DNA of 64,000 nt from an uncultured Spirochaetaceae bacterium (GCA_944392975.1 CALXYN010000002.1:1105-65104); one strand, 5' to 3'; counted from the stretch's first letter, positions 20,163-29,572 are shown. The notes: a model not told the origin generated them from the sequence alone. Program-made: numbers and translations.

Positions 20163-20861
20163 TTATTCCCAGCTTACAGAGAATTCCAGTGGTTCGTTGA
20201 GAAGGAGGAAATCAATGATTGGGAAGTTGAATGAAACCGTGTTTTCCCCTGTGATATCACAATTTGAAGCTTCCGTTATTGTTCCAGGTACGCTGATTGC
20301 AATTTCGATAAGCCCCTTCGTGATTGCCTCCGGCCCATCTTCTCCCAGAAGGAAATAAATCATATCGAGATAATCAGTCTCACTCATTCCTTGGTTATAT
20401 TCCGGTCCATAAACCTCGAAATTCGGATCTGCAAGGAATGGTACGGCACTTTTCAGTTCTTCATAGTTAGAGATATCAAGATGGAAGGAAAGGCTGTTGT
20501 CTGTAAGGGCAAAAAGTGTCTGATTCTCCGCTCCTAGCTGCGATAGAAGTGTGTCGATGCCACTGAAGCTGAATGAGACTGTATAATGGTTGTCACCAAG
20601 GTTTTCCCATTCAATATCGCTGATTGCGTTGACACCATCAAGCTGAGAAGCGTAGCCGCTTATTGCATTGTCCATCATCGATTCATCTGACGCTGGCAGG
20701 AATTCTCCAAAATCCTCCAGCACATCGATGAAAAACTGTTCTACATGTATATCTGTGTAGCTTTTTCCGGAATTTCCAGTTTCTATATCGAGATGCTCTG
20801 TGACCTGGCAGCCAGAGAGCAGTACAACCATTGTAGCAAGAAGCAGTAAAACTTTTCTCAT
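20163..20861 (-). CDS. Hypothetical lipoprotein
   Basis: MRKVLLLLATMVVLLSGCQ has a canonical lipobox (LSGC). No recognisable domain. Confidence 0.7.
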   Translation of the reverse strand: MRKVLLLLATMVVLLSGCQVTEHLDIETGNSGKSYTDIHVEQFFIDVLEDFGEFLPASDESMMDNAISGYASQLDGVNAISDIEWENLGDNHYTVSFSFSGIDTLLSQLGAENQTLFALTDNSLSFHLDISNYEELKSAVPFLADPNFEVYGPEYNQGMSETDYLDMIYFLLGEDGPEAITKGLIEIAISVPGTITEASNCDITGENTVSFNFPIIDFLLLNEPLEFSVSWE

Positions 20862-20961
20862 GCTCTGAGGATACGCTATTATCGTGGCATAGACAATCAT
20901 CGAAAATATGTGATAGACAATCGGGCCGTAGCGTGATAATTATGCTAACAAGGTGAGTTAA

Positions 20962-21780
20962 ATGACAAAAAGGTTCTTTACTGTCTGTTTTCTACTGCTT
21001 TTGACAGTTTGTCTAGGGGCTGCAGCGTTTACGTTGGAGACGGAAGCCCTGCCTTCATCGGTTATCCTTACATGGAATGAAGTGGAGGATGCTGTCTATT
21101 ACGATATTTACAATGAAGACAATTTTATTGTTCGCCTTGACAGTTCAAAGCGCTCATATACAGTGAAACATCTGTTATCTGAAACCCGCTATGATTTCTC
21201 CATTGCAGCCCGTACTGAGGATAATGCCACACTGGCGGCTGCTTTTGCAGATGAAACTACAACAACCTGGGATGGTGTTTATTTGTGGGAGAATGAAACT
21301 GATGATGATAACGATGGCAAGATGAGAAGCCTTTGTTTCCGGGTCGATACTGCCATTGCCTCCGGTGTAGGGCAGTACCATAATATTTATATGGTTATGG
21401 ATGACGGAACGGAAATAAAGATTTTCCCTCTTTATGGCTTTTCTGATCCCGCTGCCGGTTCATGGGTGGATTATGATGATACAGGAGAAGCCGGGACATC
21501 ATACCGCCTCAATGCTGAGCGTTTTAACACCTATCCTTTTAATCCCCAGAAGTGGAGACTTGATAAAGTTGTGATTGACTATGATTCAAGTTCCGCTTAC
21601 ATTCAGACAAGCGCCTTAGGGTTTGTGTTCGAAACTACCACGGAATGTGAATTCTATATTGAGGATGGCGCAATGAAGATGTCCTTCAGCACCGAAGGGA
21701 GCGGGATTGCGGATGCTGCACTTTTCAAGAATCCAAATCCCGGGGAAGGGGATGCCTTCATTCTCATACGGATAGATTAG
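20962..21780 (+). CDS. Hypothetical exported protein with an N-terminal Fn3-like domain
   Basis: Signal peptide, then LTWNEVEDAVYYDIYNEDN...YTVKHLLSETRYDFSIAART, which is an Fn3-like pattern. Confidence 0.65.
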   Translation: MTKRFFTVCFLLLLTVCLGAAAFTLETEALPSSVILTWNEVEDAVYYDIYNEDNFIVRLDSSKRSYTVKHLLSETRYDFSIAARTEDNATLAAAFADETTTTWDGVYLWENETDDDNDGKMRSLCFRVDTAIASGVGQYHNIYMVMDDGTEIKIFPLYGFSDPAAGSWVDYDDTGEAGTSYRLNAERFNTYPFNPQKWRLDKVVIDYDSSSAYIQTSALGFVFETTTECEFYIEDGAMKMSFSTEGSGIADAALFKNPNPGEGDAFILIRID

Positions 21781-21790
21781 GAGGTCCCGT

Positions 21791-24499
21791 TTGATAGCTG
21801 ACCCAAGTAAGAAGACTCTCATCATAGTCGAGTCACCGACAAAGGCGAAAACAATTTCGAAATTTCTGCCTCCTACATGCAAGGTCATTGCATCAATGGG
21901 GCATATTGTTGACCTGGCGCCATCTCCGACGATTGGGAAATATGGTGTTGATGTAGATCATGACTATGCACTCGAATATGTTGTCGATGAGAAGAAAAAA
22001 GATCTCATCAAAGAGATGAAAACGCTTCTCAAGGATTCTGAGCAGCTTGTGTTGGCAACTGATGAGGACCGCGAAGGAGAATCAATTTCCTGGCATCTTC
22101 TGAATGTTCTTAAACCAAAGTGCCCTGTGTACAGGATGGTTTTCCATGAAATAACCAAGAGTGCAATCCTCAATGCCTTCTCATCTTGTCGAGAGCTTGA
22201 TATGAACCTTGTTCATGCGCAGGAGGCAAGAAGAGCGGTTGACAGGCTGCAGGGATATGGCATTTCGCCAATTCTCTCAAGAAAGCTTGCAGGACGCTAT
22301 TCAGCAGGCCGTGTCCAGTCCCCCGGACTGAAACTGGTTGTAGAGAGGGAGAAGGAGAGACGTGCCTTCAATGAATCCGGTTATTACTCTGTAGAGGCTG
22401 TCATGGAGGCATCGGGCGTATCCTTTGAAGCGCATCTCAAGGCAATCGGCAATGATAACATTGCCACATCCCAGTCCTTTGATTCTGAGACAGGTGCTCT
22501 GAAAAAAGATGCTGTGATTCTCGATGGAAAGAGAGCTGAGGAGATAGCAAATAACATTAAAGGCAAGAAAGCCTCTGTCTTCAGTGTGACGAATCAGGAG
22601 AAAATTCAGAAACCTGCAATTCCATTCACAACATCAACACTGCAGCAGGATGCGGCAAGAAAGATGCGTAAGAGTGTTAAGGAAGTAATGGCGCTTGCAC
22701 AGCAGCTTTATGAAAAGGGCTTCATTACTTATATGCGTACTGACTCTCCGACACTGTCTGCTGAATGCATTAATGCAGCGCGCGTTCAGGTTGAGGAACT
22801 TTATGGCAGTGATTTCCTTTCTGCAAAACCAAGAAATTACAAAGCCTCTTCTGAGATGGCACAGGAAGCTCACGAGGCAATCCGCCCTGCAGGAGACCAT
22901 TTCAGAAAACCTGCAGAAACAGGTCTTTCCGGAGATGCGCTTAAGCTTTACACAATCATCTGGAAGCGAACGCTTGCAACACAGATGAGAGAAGCAGAGA
23001 AGAGTACTACGACAGCCATTCTCACAATTGATGATTACACATTCTCCGCATCCGGTACGACTATCCGCTTTCCAGGATTTCTTAAACTTTATGAAGTGTC
23101 TACTGATGAAGAGGCAAAGGAGAATGAAGAAGGTGTCCTTCCTCTTCTTGTCGGCGGAGAGACTGTGGATATAACAGAAGCAGAAGGGAAGTCTCACACG
23201 ACAAAACCACCTGCAAGATATACAGAAGCCAGCCTTGTGCAGAAGCTTGAAAGCGAAGGCATCGGAAGACCATCTACTTATGCTGCCATCATCTCGACAT
23301 TGATTGAGAGAAAGTATGTTTTCAGACAGAGTGGGCAGCTCGTTCCGACATTCACCGGCTTTTTTGTGGACTCTTTCCTTGAGCTTACATTCCCCGGTTA
23401 CATAGATGCCGCCTTCACATCAAGAATGGAGGAAGGCCTGGATAAGATAGCAGGCGGGAATGAGAGCAAGAGTGATTATCTTAATTCATTCTGGAAGGGG
23501 CATGATGGATTTTCAGGCCTTGATTCGGATTTGCAGAAGATTTCGACGACTGTGCGTAAGGCAGATGTTTCCAGCCTGGATATTCCTGGATTGCGATATG
23601 AGTTTGACACTGATGGCACGACTGTGCACTATTCAATAAAGATCAGCAAGTTCGGTCCATATCTTTCTTCTGATTTCTTTGATAAGGAAGCGGGAAAGGA
23701 TAAGATGGCTTCCATTGACCAGACTCGTTATTTTCCTGGAACATTTACCGATGACGAAGCAAAGTCCATTCTTTTCCCTCAGTCCTCGGATGTTGCAATT
23801 TCAGATGGTGTGGTTATCTCTGATGGCCGGTTTGGAAAGTATCTTAAGACTGCAGATGGACGCAATGTCATGATTCCGAGACCTCTCAGGAACATAATCA
23901 CTCCGGAACTTGCCTCTCTGATTGTATCCTTGCCGAAATCGATTGGACATGATGAAAGCGGAGAAGATATCCTTCTGTATGCTGGTCCTTATGGTTTCTA
24001 CGCAAAATGCAATGACAAGAATGTTTCTGTTTCAGATCCTTTCAATCCTGATATAGCCGCAATAGAAAAAGAGGCAAAAGGTGAGAAGAAGGGAAAAGAT
24101 GCGCTGAAGGATTTCGGAGAGTGGGAAGGTAAGTCTCTTCAGATTCTCAGTGGACGTTATGGTGCATATATCAAATGGGGAGATAAGAATATTGCTATCC
24201 CAAAAGCTGAGCAGAAAGAGGCTGCAGCAATGACGGAAGAGAGAATTAAGGAGATCCTATCTTCTGAACCTGATAAGCAGAAGGCTGTGAAGGAATTCGG
24301 CGAGTATCAGGGAAAGGCCTTGCAGCTTTTTAATGGAAAGTATGGTTATTACCTCAAATGGGGTGATAAGAATTGTGCGATTCCAAAAGAGGAGAGAACA
24401 GATGCTCTCTCTATCAGCGAGGAAAGAGCAAGGGAAATTGCCTCTTCTTCTTCGGAAAAAAGCACAAAACCAAAGAGGCGTGTATTTACAAGAAAATAG
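21791..24499 (+). CDS. topA: DNA topoisomerase I
   Basis: TTG start. Toprim LIIVESPTKAKTI and DEDREGE, active-site region ITYMRTDS, and four cysteine-less C-terminal repeats (G.YG.Y.K.GDKN..IP). Confidence 0.95.
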   Translation: MIADPSKKTLIIVESPTKAKTISKFLPPTCKVIASMGHIVDLAPSPTIGKYGVDVDHDYALEYVVDEKKKDLIKEMKTLLKDSEQLVLATDEDREGESISWHLLNVLKPKCPVYRMVFHEITKSAILNAFSSCRELDMNLVHAQEARRAVDRLQGYGISPILSRKLAGRYSAGRVQSPGLKLVVEREKERRAFNESGYYSVEAVMEASGVSFEAHLKAIGNDNIATSQSFDSETGALKKDAVILDGKRAEEIANNIKGKKASVFSVTNQEKIQKPAIPFTTSTLQQDAARKMRKSVKEVMALAQQLYEKGFITYMRTDSPTLSAECINAARVQVEELYGSDFLSAKPRNYKASSEMAQEAHEAIRPAGDHFRKPAETGLSGDALKLYTIIWKRTLATQMREAEKSTTTAILTIDDYTFSASGTTIRFPGFLKLYEVSTDEEAKENEEGVLPLLVGGETVDITEAEGKSHTTKPPARYTEASLVQKLESEGIGRPSTYAAIISTLIERKYVFRQSGQLVPTFTGFFVDSFLELTFPGYIDAAFTSRMEEGLDKIAGGNESKSDYLNSFWKGHDGFSGLDSDLQKISTTVRKADVSSLDIPGLRYEFDTDGTTVHYSIKISKFGPYLSSDFFDKEAGKDKMASIDQTRYFPGTFTDDEAKSILFPQSSDVAISDGVVISDGRFGKYLKTADGRNVMIPRPLRNIITPELASLIVSLPKSIGHDESGEDILLYAGPYGFYAKCNDKNVSVSDPFNPDIAAIEKEAKGEKKGKDALKDFGEWEGKSLQILSGRYGAYIKWGDKNIAIPKAEQKEAAAMTEERIKEILSSEPDKQKAVKEFGEYQGKALQLFNGKYGYYLKWGDKNCAIPKEERTDALSISEERAREIASSSSEKSTKPKRRVFTRK

Positions 24500-24524
24500 C
24501 CGGACTTTGATATTCGGATTATCA

Positions 24525-24575
24525 AGCTGTAACATGATTCTCAAGTAAGTGAGGATTTCGTTACAGCTTTTTTTG
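24525..24575 (+). terminator. Probable terminator after topA
   Basis: AGCTGTAAC ... GTTACAGCT (9 bp, long 26-nt loop) followed by TTTTTTTG. Confidence 0.5.
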
Positions 24576-24828
24576 TTCCAGTTGTTTGTTTTACTTGCAC
24601 TCTTTGTTATGGAGTGCAAAAAGTATTTCTCTGATTATAAACAGCAAAAGCAAATCACAATATGAGAATTGGAAATTGATATGCTCCCCTTAAGTAGTAC
24701 AAAGAAATAAAAGAACTGCTGAAAGGGAGCATATTTATGTCCAGATCCAAGATTCATTCAAGTAAGATTAATTCAGCTATTCGTTTAATCTAGTCTGGAA
24801 AAGGTGGAATAAGACACCTGTGTATCAG

Positions 24829-25347
24829 TTAGTACCTGAAACCGATTGACAGTGAAGGGGAAACATAAAAATCTCCAGAGAATGAAGCATCTGCTGTGTT
24901 CAGATCAATACCAAGCATGTCGTATCCGATATTGCAGCCGATAAGCAGTACTATTGCATCATTCAGATAATATGTTGCCCCTACATATCCACCGACACCC
25001 AGTTCAAATAGGTTTGTATCTGAGAAAACCTGTGTGGCAAGCGATGCCCCGATAGCCACATCGATGGACATCGGTACATTTGAGAGTATATAGCGATAAC
25101 TTGGTCCAACAAGCATTCCTATTGACATTAGTTTGTCTGCAAGGTTGAAATCTGCATTCAGGGATATGAGGTATCCGACAGGACAGTCATTCACATACCC
25201 GAAAGTCTGGGATGAAAGGCCTCCCAGGTGTTCGCCATCCCTGAATTCATAATTCACGCCAATACTTGTCAGTCCTTCAAAAGCGGCAAAAGCAGAGCCT
25301 GCTGCCATAATTGCAATAATTGTGAAAATCAGAATTCTCTTTTTCAT
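24829..25347 (-). CDS. Small outer-membrane beta-barrel protein (hypothetical)
   Basis: Signal peptide MKKRILIFTIIAIMAAGSAFA, alternating-hydrophobicity strands, and a C-terminal ...SIGFRY. Confidence 0.65.
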   Translation of the reverse strand: MKKRILIFTIIAIMAAGSAFAAFEGLTSIGVNYEFRDGEHLGGLSSQTFGYVNDCPVGYLISLNADFNLADKLMSIGMLVGPSYRYILSNVPMSIDVAIGASLATQVFSDTNLFELGVGGYVGATYYLNDAIVLLIGCNIGYDMLGIDLNTADASFSGDFYVSPSLSIGFRY

Positions 25348-25349
25348 TT

Positions 25350-25565
25350 TTATCTCCTGTTATTTTGTTCAGTATGTTCTCCGGCTTCTCTTTGGAGACG
25401 TTCTTTCGCCTCTGCGACACTTTCTCCATCTCTTTTGAGGTATCGGTTGATAAATGACTCTTCTATTTTTGAGAATCCTTCTACAACACCATCCTGGATT
25501 TTTGAAAATCCTAACGTGACTTCTTCTGCAATCTTTTCATTTGCTTCTACGATTTTCGATTTCAT
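25350..25565 (-). CDS. Small hypothetical protein (71 aa, helical and charged)
   Basis: Compact ORF directly downstream of membrane-protein genes. It has an internal duplicated GFSKI(Q/E) motif and overlaps the upstream gene by 29 nt. Confidence 0.45.
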   Translation of the reverse strand: MKSKIVEANEKIAEEVTLGFSKIQDGVVEGFSKIEESFINRYLKRDGESVAEAKERLQREAGEHTEQNNRR

Positions 25566-26193
25566 CTTTGTCCCTCCTGTATGAAATCATTGAGATTCCT
25601 ATTGCTGCTATGAAAAGGCATGCTGCACTTCCGCTGATTATGTTCATCATGTACGCCCATTCATGGTTTTCATTTCCGAATGAAATGATCATTGTGCGCT
25701 GAAGGCTCAGCATCGAGGCTGCAAGTTCCGCATATGATATGTCTCTGATAACCTTGGAAAACGATCTGCTGTTCTTTTTGTCCTTTATAGTTCTGGCAAT
25801 GGCAAATCCCAGTTTGGTGAATGTATATGTAGCTATGGTTATCATGACGATCTCTCCATGTCCTTCAGTTACCTGCTGTATAGAAGTGACATATACAATC
25901 GAAGCCATTACCAAGACGAGAAAGAGCATGATGAAACCTGAGACATGCAATATATCGGGTCTGCAATTATTCTCGCCATTTTTCTTCCACTCCAAGAGAA
26001 GCAAAAAGCGCATAATACAGAGTGGAAAGAGGAACATTGCCATCATCAGATACCACTCTGACTGATAGCTCCATGCCAGAATAAGGTTGAATAATGCGTA
26101 AGCTGCATTATATAGAAGGGCAAGGCTGGTTTTCAGAATATCCCTGTTGATCCGGTCTTTTCGTAGCCACGACCAGATATCCTTCAGCACCAT
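25537..26193 (-). CDS. Hypothetical integral membrane protein (about 6 TM)
   Basis: Hydrophobic segments throughout. Same operon as 26203-26574. Confidence 0.6.
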   Translation of the reverse strand: MVLKDIWSWLRKDRINRDILKTSLALLYNAAYALFNLILAWSYQSEWYLMMAMFLFPLCIMRFLLLLEWKKNGENNCRPDILHVSGFIMLFLVLVMASIVYVTSIQQVTEGHGEIVMITIATYTFTKLGFAIARTIKDKKNSRSFSKVIRDISYAELAASMLSLQRTMIISFGNENHEWAYMMNIISGSAACLFIAAIGISMISYRRDKDEIENRRSK

Positions 26194-26202
26194 TTCCCAG
26201 CC

Positions 26203-26574
26203 TCAGTCTTCTATTCCTTTTATAAGTGGAATAAGAATCAGCAGAATGAGTATCCCGATAAGACCGAGAATGATGCCAAGAGTCATATTGTTCCATACCA
26301 TCGTGAAGCACATGCCACAGCCAAAAACAAGGGTTCCGAAGATTCCGACTATGATTGTAAGGATCATACGTCCTGAAATCTCAACAGGAGCTTTGTTTGT
26401 CATCTTCCTGTAAATGATGATTGTCAGAAGCCCAAGAATAAGGCCGATGACACCAAACACGATTCCCTGTCTGAATGCATTCCATTCCGGTATGAGGGCC
26501 ATGCACATACCTAATGCAAAGAAAACAATACTTATTGTTGTCAGCATCATTGTGATGAATGTACTTTTCTTCAT
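26203..26574 (-). CDS. Hypothetical small integral membrane protein (4 TM)
   Basis: 123 aa with four hydrophobic helices. Divergent from the TetR gene. Confidence 0.6.
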   Translation of the reverse strand: MKKSTFITMMLTTISIVFFALGMCMALIPEWNAFRQGIVFGVIGLILGLLTIIIYRKMTNKAPVEISGRMILTIIVGIFGTLVFGCGMCFTMVWNNMTLGIILGLIGILILLILIPLIKGIED

Positions 26575-26689
26575 TTTCTGTTATTCTCCTATAAAATCAA
26601 CAGTTGTTGTTTTATTCTGATTGGAATATATTTTGAACGAAGGCGGACATTCAACTACAATTAACCATACAAATGTTGAGATAAAGAAA

Positions 26690-27217
26690 ATGAATACTGC
26701 AAACAACAAGAGAAGGAAAGAGACACTTGAGACGATAAAGAAGACATTCGTGGAATTGATACAGAATCATGAACTTGATCAGATATCGATATCCCAGCTC
26801 TGCAAGAAGGCAGGAATCAACAGAACAACATTCTATGCCTGTTATGATGGACTACATGATATCGCAGATTCGATACGTAAGGATCTTGAGGATAATATGG
26901 TGGAAATGTACAAGGACGAGATTGATAACCGGAAGAGCCGCAATGATTATCTGAAACTATTCCGCCACATAAAGGATAACCAGATTTTCTATCGTACATA
27001 TTTTAAGCTTGGATATGATACACAGCTGAAAGGCTTTGGATATGATGCCAAAGCTGCTGCGAAATACTTCGATAATAAGTTTATCCATTACCATGCTGAA
27101 TTCTTTAGAGCAGGTATTACGAGGATAATACGTATGTGGCTTGAGAATGGTTGTAAGGAAAGCCCAGAGGATATGATGGAGATTATCAGAAGCGAATATA
27201 AAGGGAGATTGACGTAG
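26690..27217 (+). CDS. TetR/AcrR family transcriptional regulator
   Basis: N-terminal HTH FVELIQNHELDQISISQLCKKAGINRTTFY. The start is taken at the ATG at 26690, although the ORF is open from a TTG at 26621. Confidence 0.85.
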   Translation: MNTANNKRRKETLETIKKTFVELIQNHELDQISISQLCKKAGINRTTFYACYDGLHDIADSIRKDLEDNMVEMYKDEIDNRKSRNDYLKLFRHIKDNQIFYRTYFKLGYDTQLKGFGYDAKAAAKYFDNKFIHYHAEFFRAGITRIIRMWLENGCKESPEDMMEIIRSEYKGRLT

Positions 27218-27304
27218 GACGGTGAGAACTGAAAAGTCACAGTATTCACTAAACTATATTGATTCATCGTTTACGTCTGAGGTGTTTGTATTTGCTTAAT
27301 GATA

Positions 27305-27774
27305 CAATTGGGCGAAACTTTCTAAGGGGTGGCTAAAATATGGCAGTGATGACTGAATTTTAGTTTATAGTAGTCTCTGCATCTCAAGAAGGAGCAAACA
27401 AGAAAATTCAGTATAGAAAAGCTTTGAAGCCTCACTAATATTCTCTATCGTCCAAAGAAAACAGGAGGTTAGGCCTGTGTTCCCAACTCTCCTGAAATCG
27501 TGTTTTATCAAAAAAAATATCGAGAAGACTCCATATCTCTATAGAATGGAGATGAATCGTATGGTATACTTCAATTAGCTGCTTGCAGGGCAGGAAAATC
27601 TCTGCACGTATGTGGGACGCATATGTACTCCGGTGGAGCTAACGTAAGACTTGAGTAGGTTTTCCTGAGCAAGCAGCTGGCGCTGAAGCCGGAAGCCCGC
27701 TCTTCTTAAGTGTGGGTAGTTCACATCAATAGACTGTTATTTGAAAAATATTGTCAACAGTCTTTCAATGGAAT
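27305..27774 (+). pseudogene. Decayed, internally deleted tnpB (IS200/IS605 family) remnant with a preserved structured right end (omega-RNA-like / RE)
   Basis: Frame-hopping translations match segments of the intact TnpB at 56078.
- AKLSKGWLKYGSDD* matches RKLSRMLYGSANY.
- SLHLKKEQTRKFSIEKL matches KLHEKARNRRKDFLHKL.
- HVCGTHM matches SCGTHH.
- ALKPEARSS* is the type of C-terminal tail I recall as typical of TnpB genes.
The 3' part shares GTAG(G/T)TCAC, CAATAGAC, a hairpin and TGGAAT with the intact IS right end. Confidence 0.55.
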
Positions 27775-27775
27775 C

Positions 27776-28630
27776 TTACTCAGTTGCAAGCTGATATATT
27801 GTACCCTTGTCTGTTGTGGTATTTGTAACTCGGCCTCCTTCAAAATATGAAACAACATCATTGAATTGAGTTGAACCTGATACTATTAACTTACATGTAT
27901 TATCTAAGAGACAGATATATCCATCAACTGTGGTATCTTCTAGTCTAACGAACTTTCCTCCTGCCGAAATACCTTTAGTGCTTTCGGATGGCATAATAAC
28001 TCTACAACTCCTTAAAAGCATTTCGCCATCTCTATTATTATTGAACATAGGTACTTCAAGACCATTGTATTTTTTAAACTCGCTATCCACATCAAATTCA
28101 TTATCGCCATATCTTGCTACAGGAATATTGGAGAAATCAAAGGTCATATCCTCAGCAGTGAAGTTGATATAATTCTGCATTGCCATTGATACATTAACAG
28201 TATCTTCTTCTATTTGGAATGTACCATTCTTCATTGTAACGGCTCCAAGACTTGTTCCCCAGTGCATGGCTTGGGTTTCTGTTCCTTGCGAGCCAACTGC
28301 AGGATTTGTCATTGTATATGTATGGCCAGCAAAATCAATTATTAGAGATTCTCTTTCCTGAGTTCCATCGACACTCCTTAGTCCTGCACCTGTGGCATTC
28401 TTAAGCATTACAATCGTGGATCCGGATTCCGCTTTATCGATAGCATCGCTTAGAGTTGCATAAGCTGTATTCTCTTTGGGAATATAGGCAACAACAGAAT
28501 CAGCGACAACATAAAAAATAGAGAAATGAGATGTTTTAAAAATTATCTCTCCAGTATCTTTATTATACCTGACTAATGTTGGTTCTGCTCCAGATATCCT
28601 GATTGTAGGTATACGAGGAATATCAAGTAG
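27776..28630 (-). pseudogene. 5'-truncated gene fragment for a right-handed beta-helix (pectate-lyase-fold-like) surface protein
   Basis: The frame is open from 28630 (a TAA lies immediately upstream), but the first ATG/GTG/TTG is at 28408. The upstream in-frame peptide ...TSHFSIFYVVADSVVAYIPKENTAYATLSDAIDKAESGSTIVML reads like the end of one domain and the start of a beta-helix domain, so the N-terminus and signal peptide are missing. Confidence 0.55.
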
Positions 28631-28733
28631 TTAAATTGTCACCAAACTCATCTTTCAGCTCTATTGCTTTTCTTTAATTTCTAGAACTACAAAAATACTT
28701 GTTATGGTAATCAATTTCTTGTTACTATAAGAT

Positions 28734-29003
28734 ATGAAGAAGTATACGGTCCTTATTAAGAAGAAATGTACCAATGCGATAGCTAGGCTGTCTGAGAAAG
28801 ACCGGTATACTCTGGCGAAACTGATAGACAGTATCGAAGAGCGTGGACCTGTCCAGCCAGGTTTCATGAATTATTCGAAACTGAGCAATACGGAGTATTA
28901 TTGCCATCTGAGCTATCACTGGGTAGCCTGCTGGCGATGTGAAGATGGGAAATACCTTGTGGAGGTGTACTATGTTGGTAGTCGTGAATCAGCCCCATAC
29001 TAG
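28734..29003 (+). CDS. Type II toxin, RelE/ParE superfamily (HigB-like arrangement)
   Basis: 89 aa. The C-terminal ...YLVEVYYVGSRESAPY resembles the RelE-family (V/I)GxRxxxY tail. It lies upstream of, and overlaps, an XRE-HTH gene. Confidence 0.6.
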   Translation: MKKYTVLIKKKCTNAIARLSEKDRYTLAKLIDSIEERGPVQPGFMNYSKLSNTEYYCHLSYHWVACWRCEDGKYLVEVYYVGSRESAPY

Positions 29004-29340
29004 CTTCAGGATTGAGGGGGATATTCCTGTCGGTATTCTTGATTATGTTGGCAGGGAATACGGGAAAGAGAACATAGCGGTAATCGATGATGATGGAGAC
29101 GAGCTTCTCGATCCCCATGAGATGGATTTCTATAAGAAGGCAAAGGCCGAGGAGACTCCTGGAAAGAATATGAGGCTCTTCCGTAGGAATCTGAAGATGA
29201 CGCAGAGTGAACTTGCCGAGAAGCTCGGTACAACAAAGCAGGCAGTTTCCAATATGGAAAACGGCATCCGTCCCATAAGCAAAAAAACTGCGAAGGAGCT
29301 TGCAGCCATTTTCAAGGTTTCCGTTAGTAATTTCATCTAG
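28972..29340 (+). CDS. XRE-family HTH antitoxin (HigA-like)
   Basis: C-terminal HTH LKMTQSELAEKLGTTKQAVSNMENGIRPIS. The ATG at 28972 overlaps the toxin 3' end by 32 nt, although the ORF is open from 28939. Confidence 0.65.
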   Translation: MLVVVNQPHTSFRIEGDIPVGILDYVGREYGKENIAVIDDDGDELLDPHEMDFYKKAKAEETPGKNMRLFRRNLKMTQSELAEKLGTTKQAVSNMENGIRPISKKTAKELAAIFKVSVSNFI

Positions 29341-29511
29341 AATTATGTTTTCTGTGGTCTTGATGGTATATGTTGGTTCTCGATGATTTCAGGTTTTAAC
29401 TTGTTTGACTTATATTAGCAAATAAGCATGTATGGCTAAAATTCCATTGGAGAAATACAGTAATTTCCAATATTAAGTCATGGAAGCAGATGTCTGATGA
29501 CATGCAGTTGA

Positions 29512-29545
29512 TAAAAATAAAGAGCGGCTTCTTTCTCTGCCGCTC
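29512..29545 (-). terminator. Terminator downstream of tRNA-Arg
   Basis: On the minus strand: GAGCGGC-agagaaagaa-GCCGCTC followed by TTTATTTTTAT. Confidence 0.7.
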
Positions 29546-29572
29546 CTTGATTCATAAGAAAAGCTATTTAGA

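Noticed and set aside
23800-24420. Duplicated ~50-aa segments at the topA C-terminus (DFGEWEGKSLQILSGRYGAYIKWGDKNIAIPK / EFGEYQGKALQLFNGKYGYYLKWGDKNCAIPK).
   Set aside because: This matches the known cysteine-less topoisomerase I C-terminal repeat architecture and is not a novel feature.
24660-24830. A 10-bp inverted repeat ATATGCTCCC...GGGAGCATAT and a possible 18-aa ORF (MSRSKIHSSKINSAIRLI) behind a GGGAG box.
   Set aside because: The loop is about 36 nt and no T tract follows. The peptide is too short to support without conservation or expression data. It is mentioned only for completeness.
26575-26690. TCAAC/GTTGA half-sites (TCAACAGTTGTTG; TTCAAC...GTTGAG) in the TetR divergent promoter region.
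   Set aside because: They are plausible TetR operators but imperfect and short. This is ordinary for such loci and cannot be evaluated further by eye.
27577-27678. A long imperfect hairpin flanked by 10-bp inverted repeats, superficially like retron msr/msd a1/a2 repeats or a small SRP-type RNA.
   Set aside because: No reverse transcriptase gene is nearby, and no SRP domain IV motifs are present. The region aligns in order with the tnpB 3' end and right end of the IS at 57.2-57.4 kb, which explains it better.
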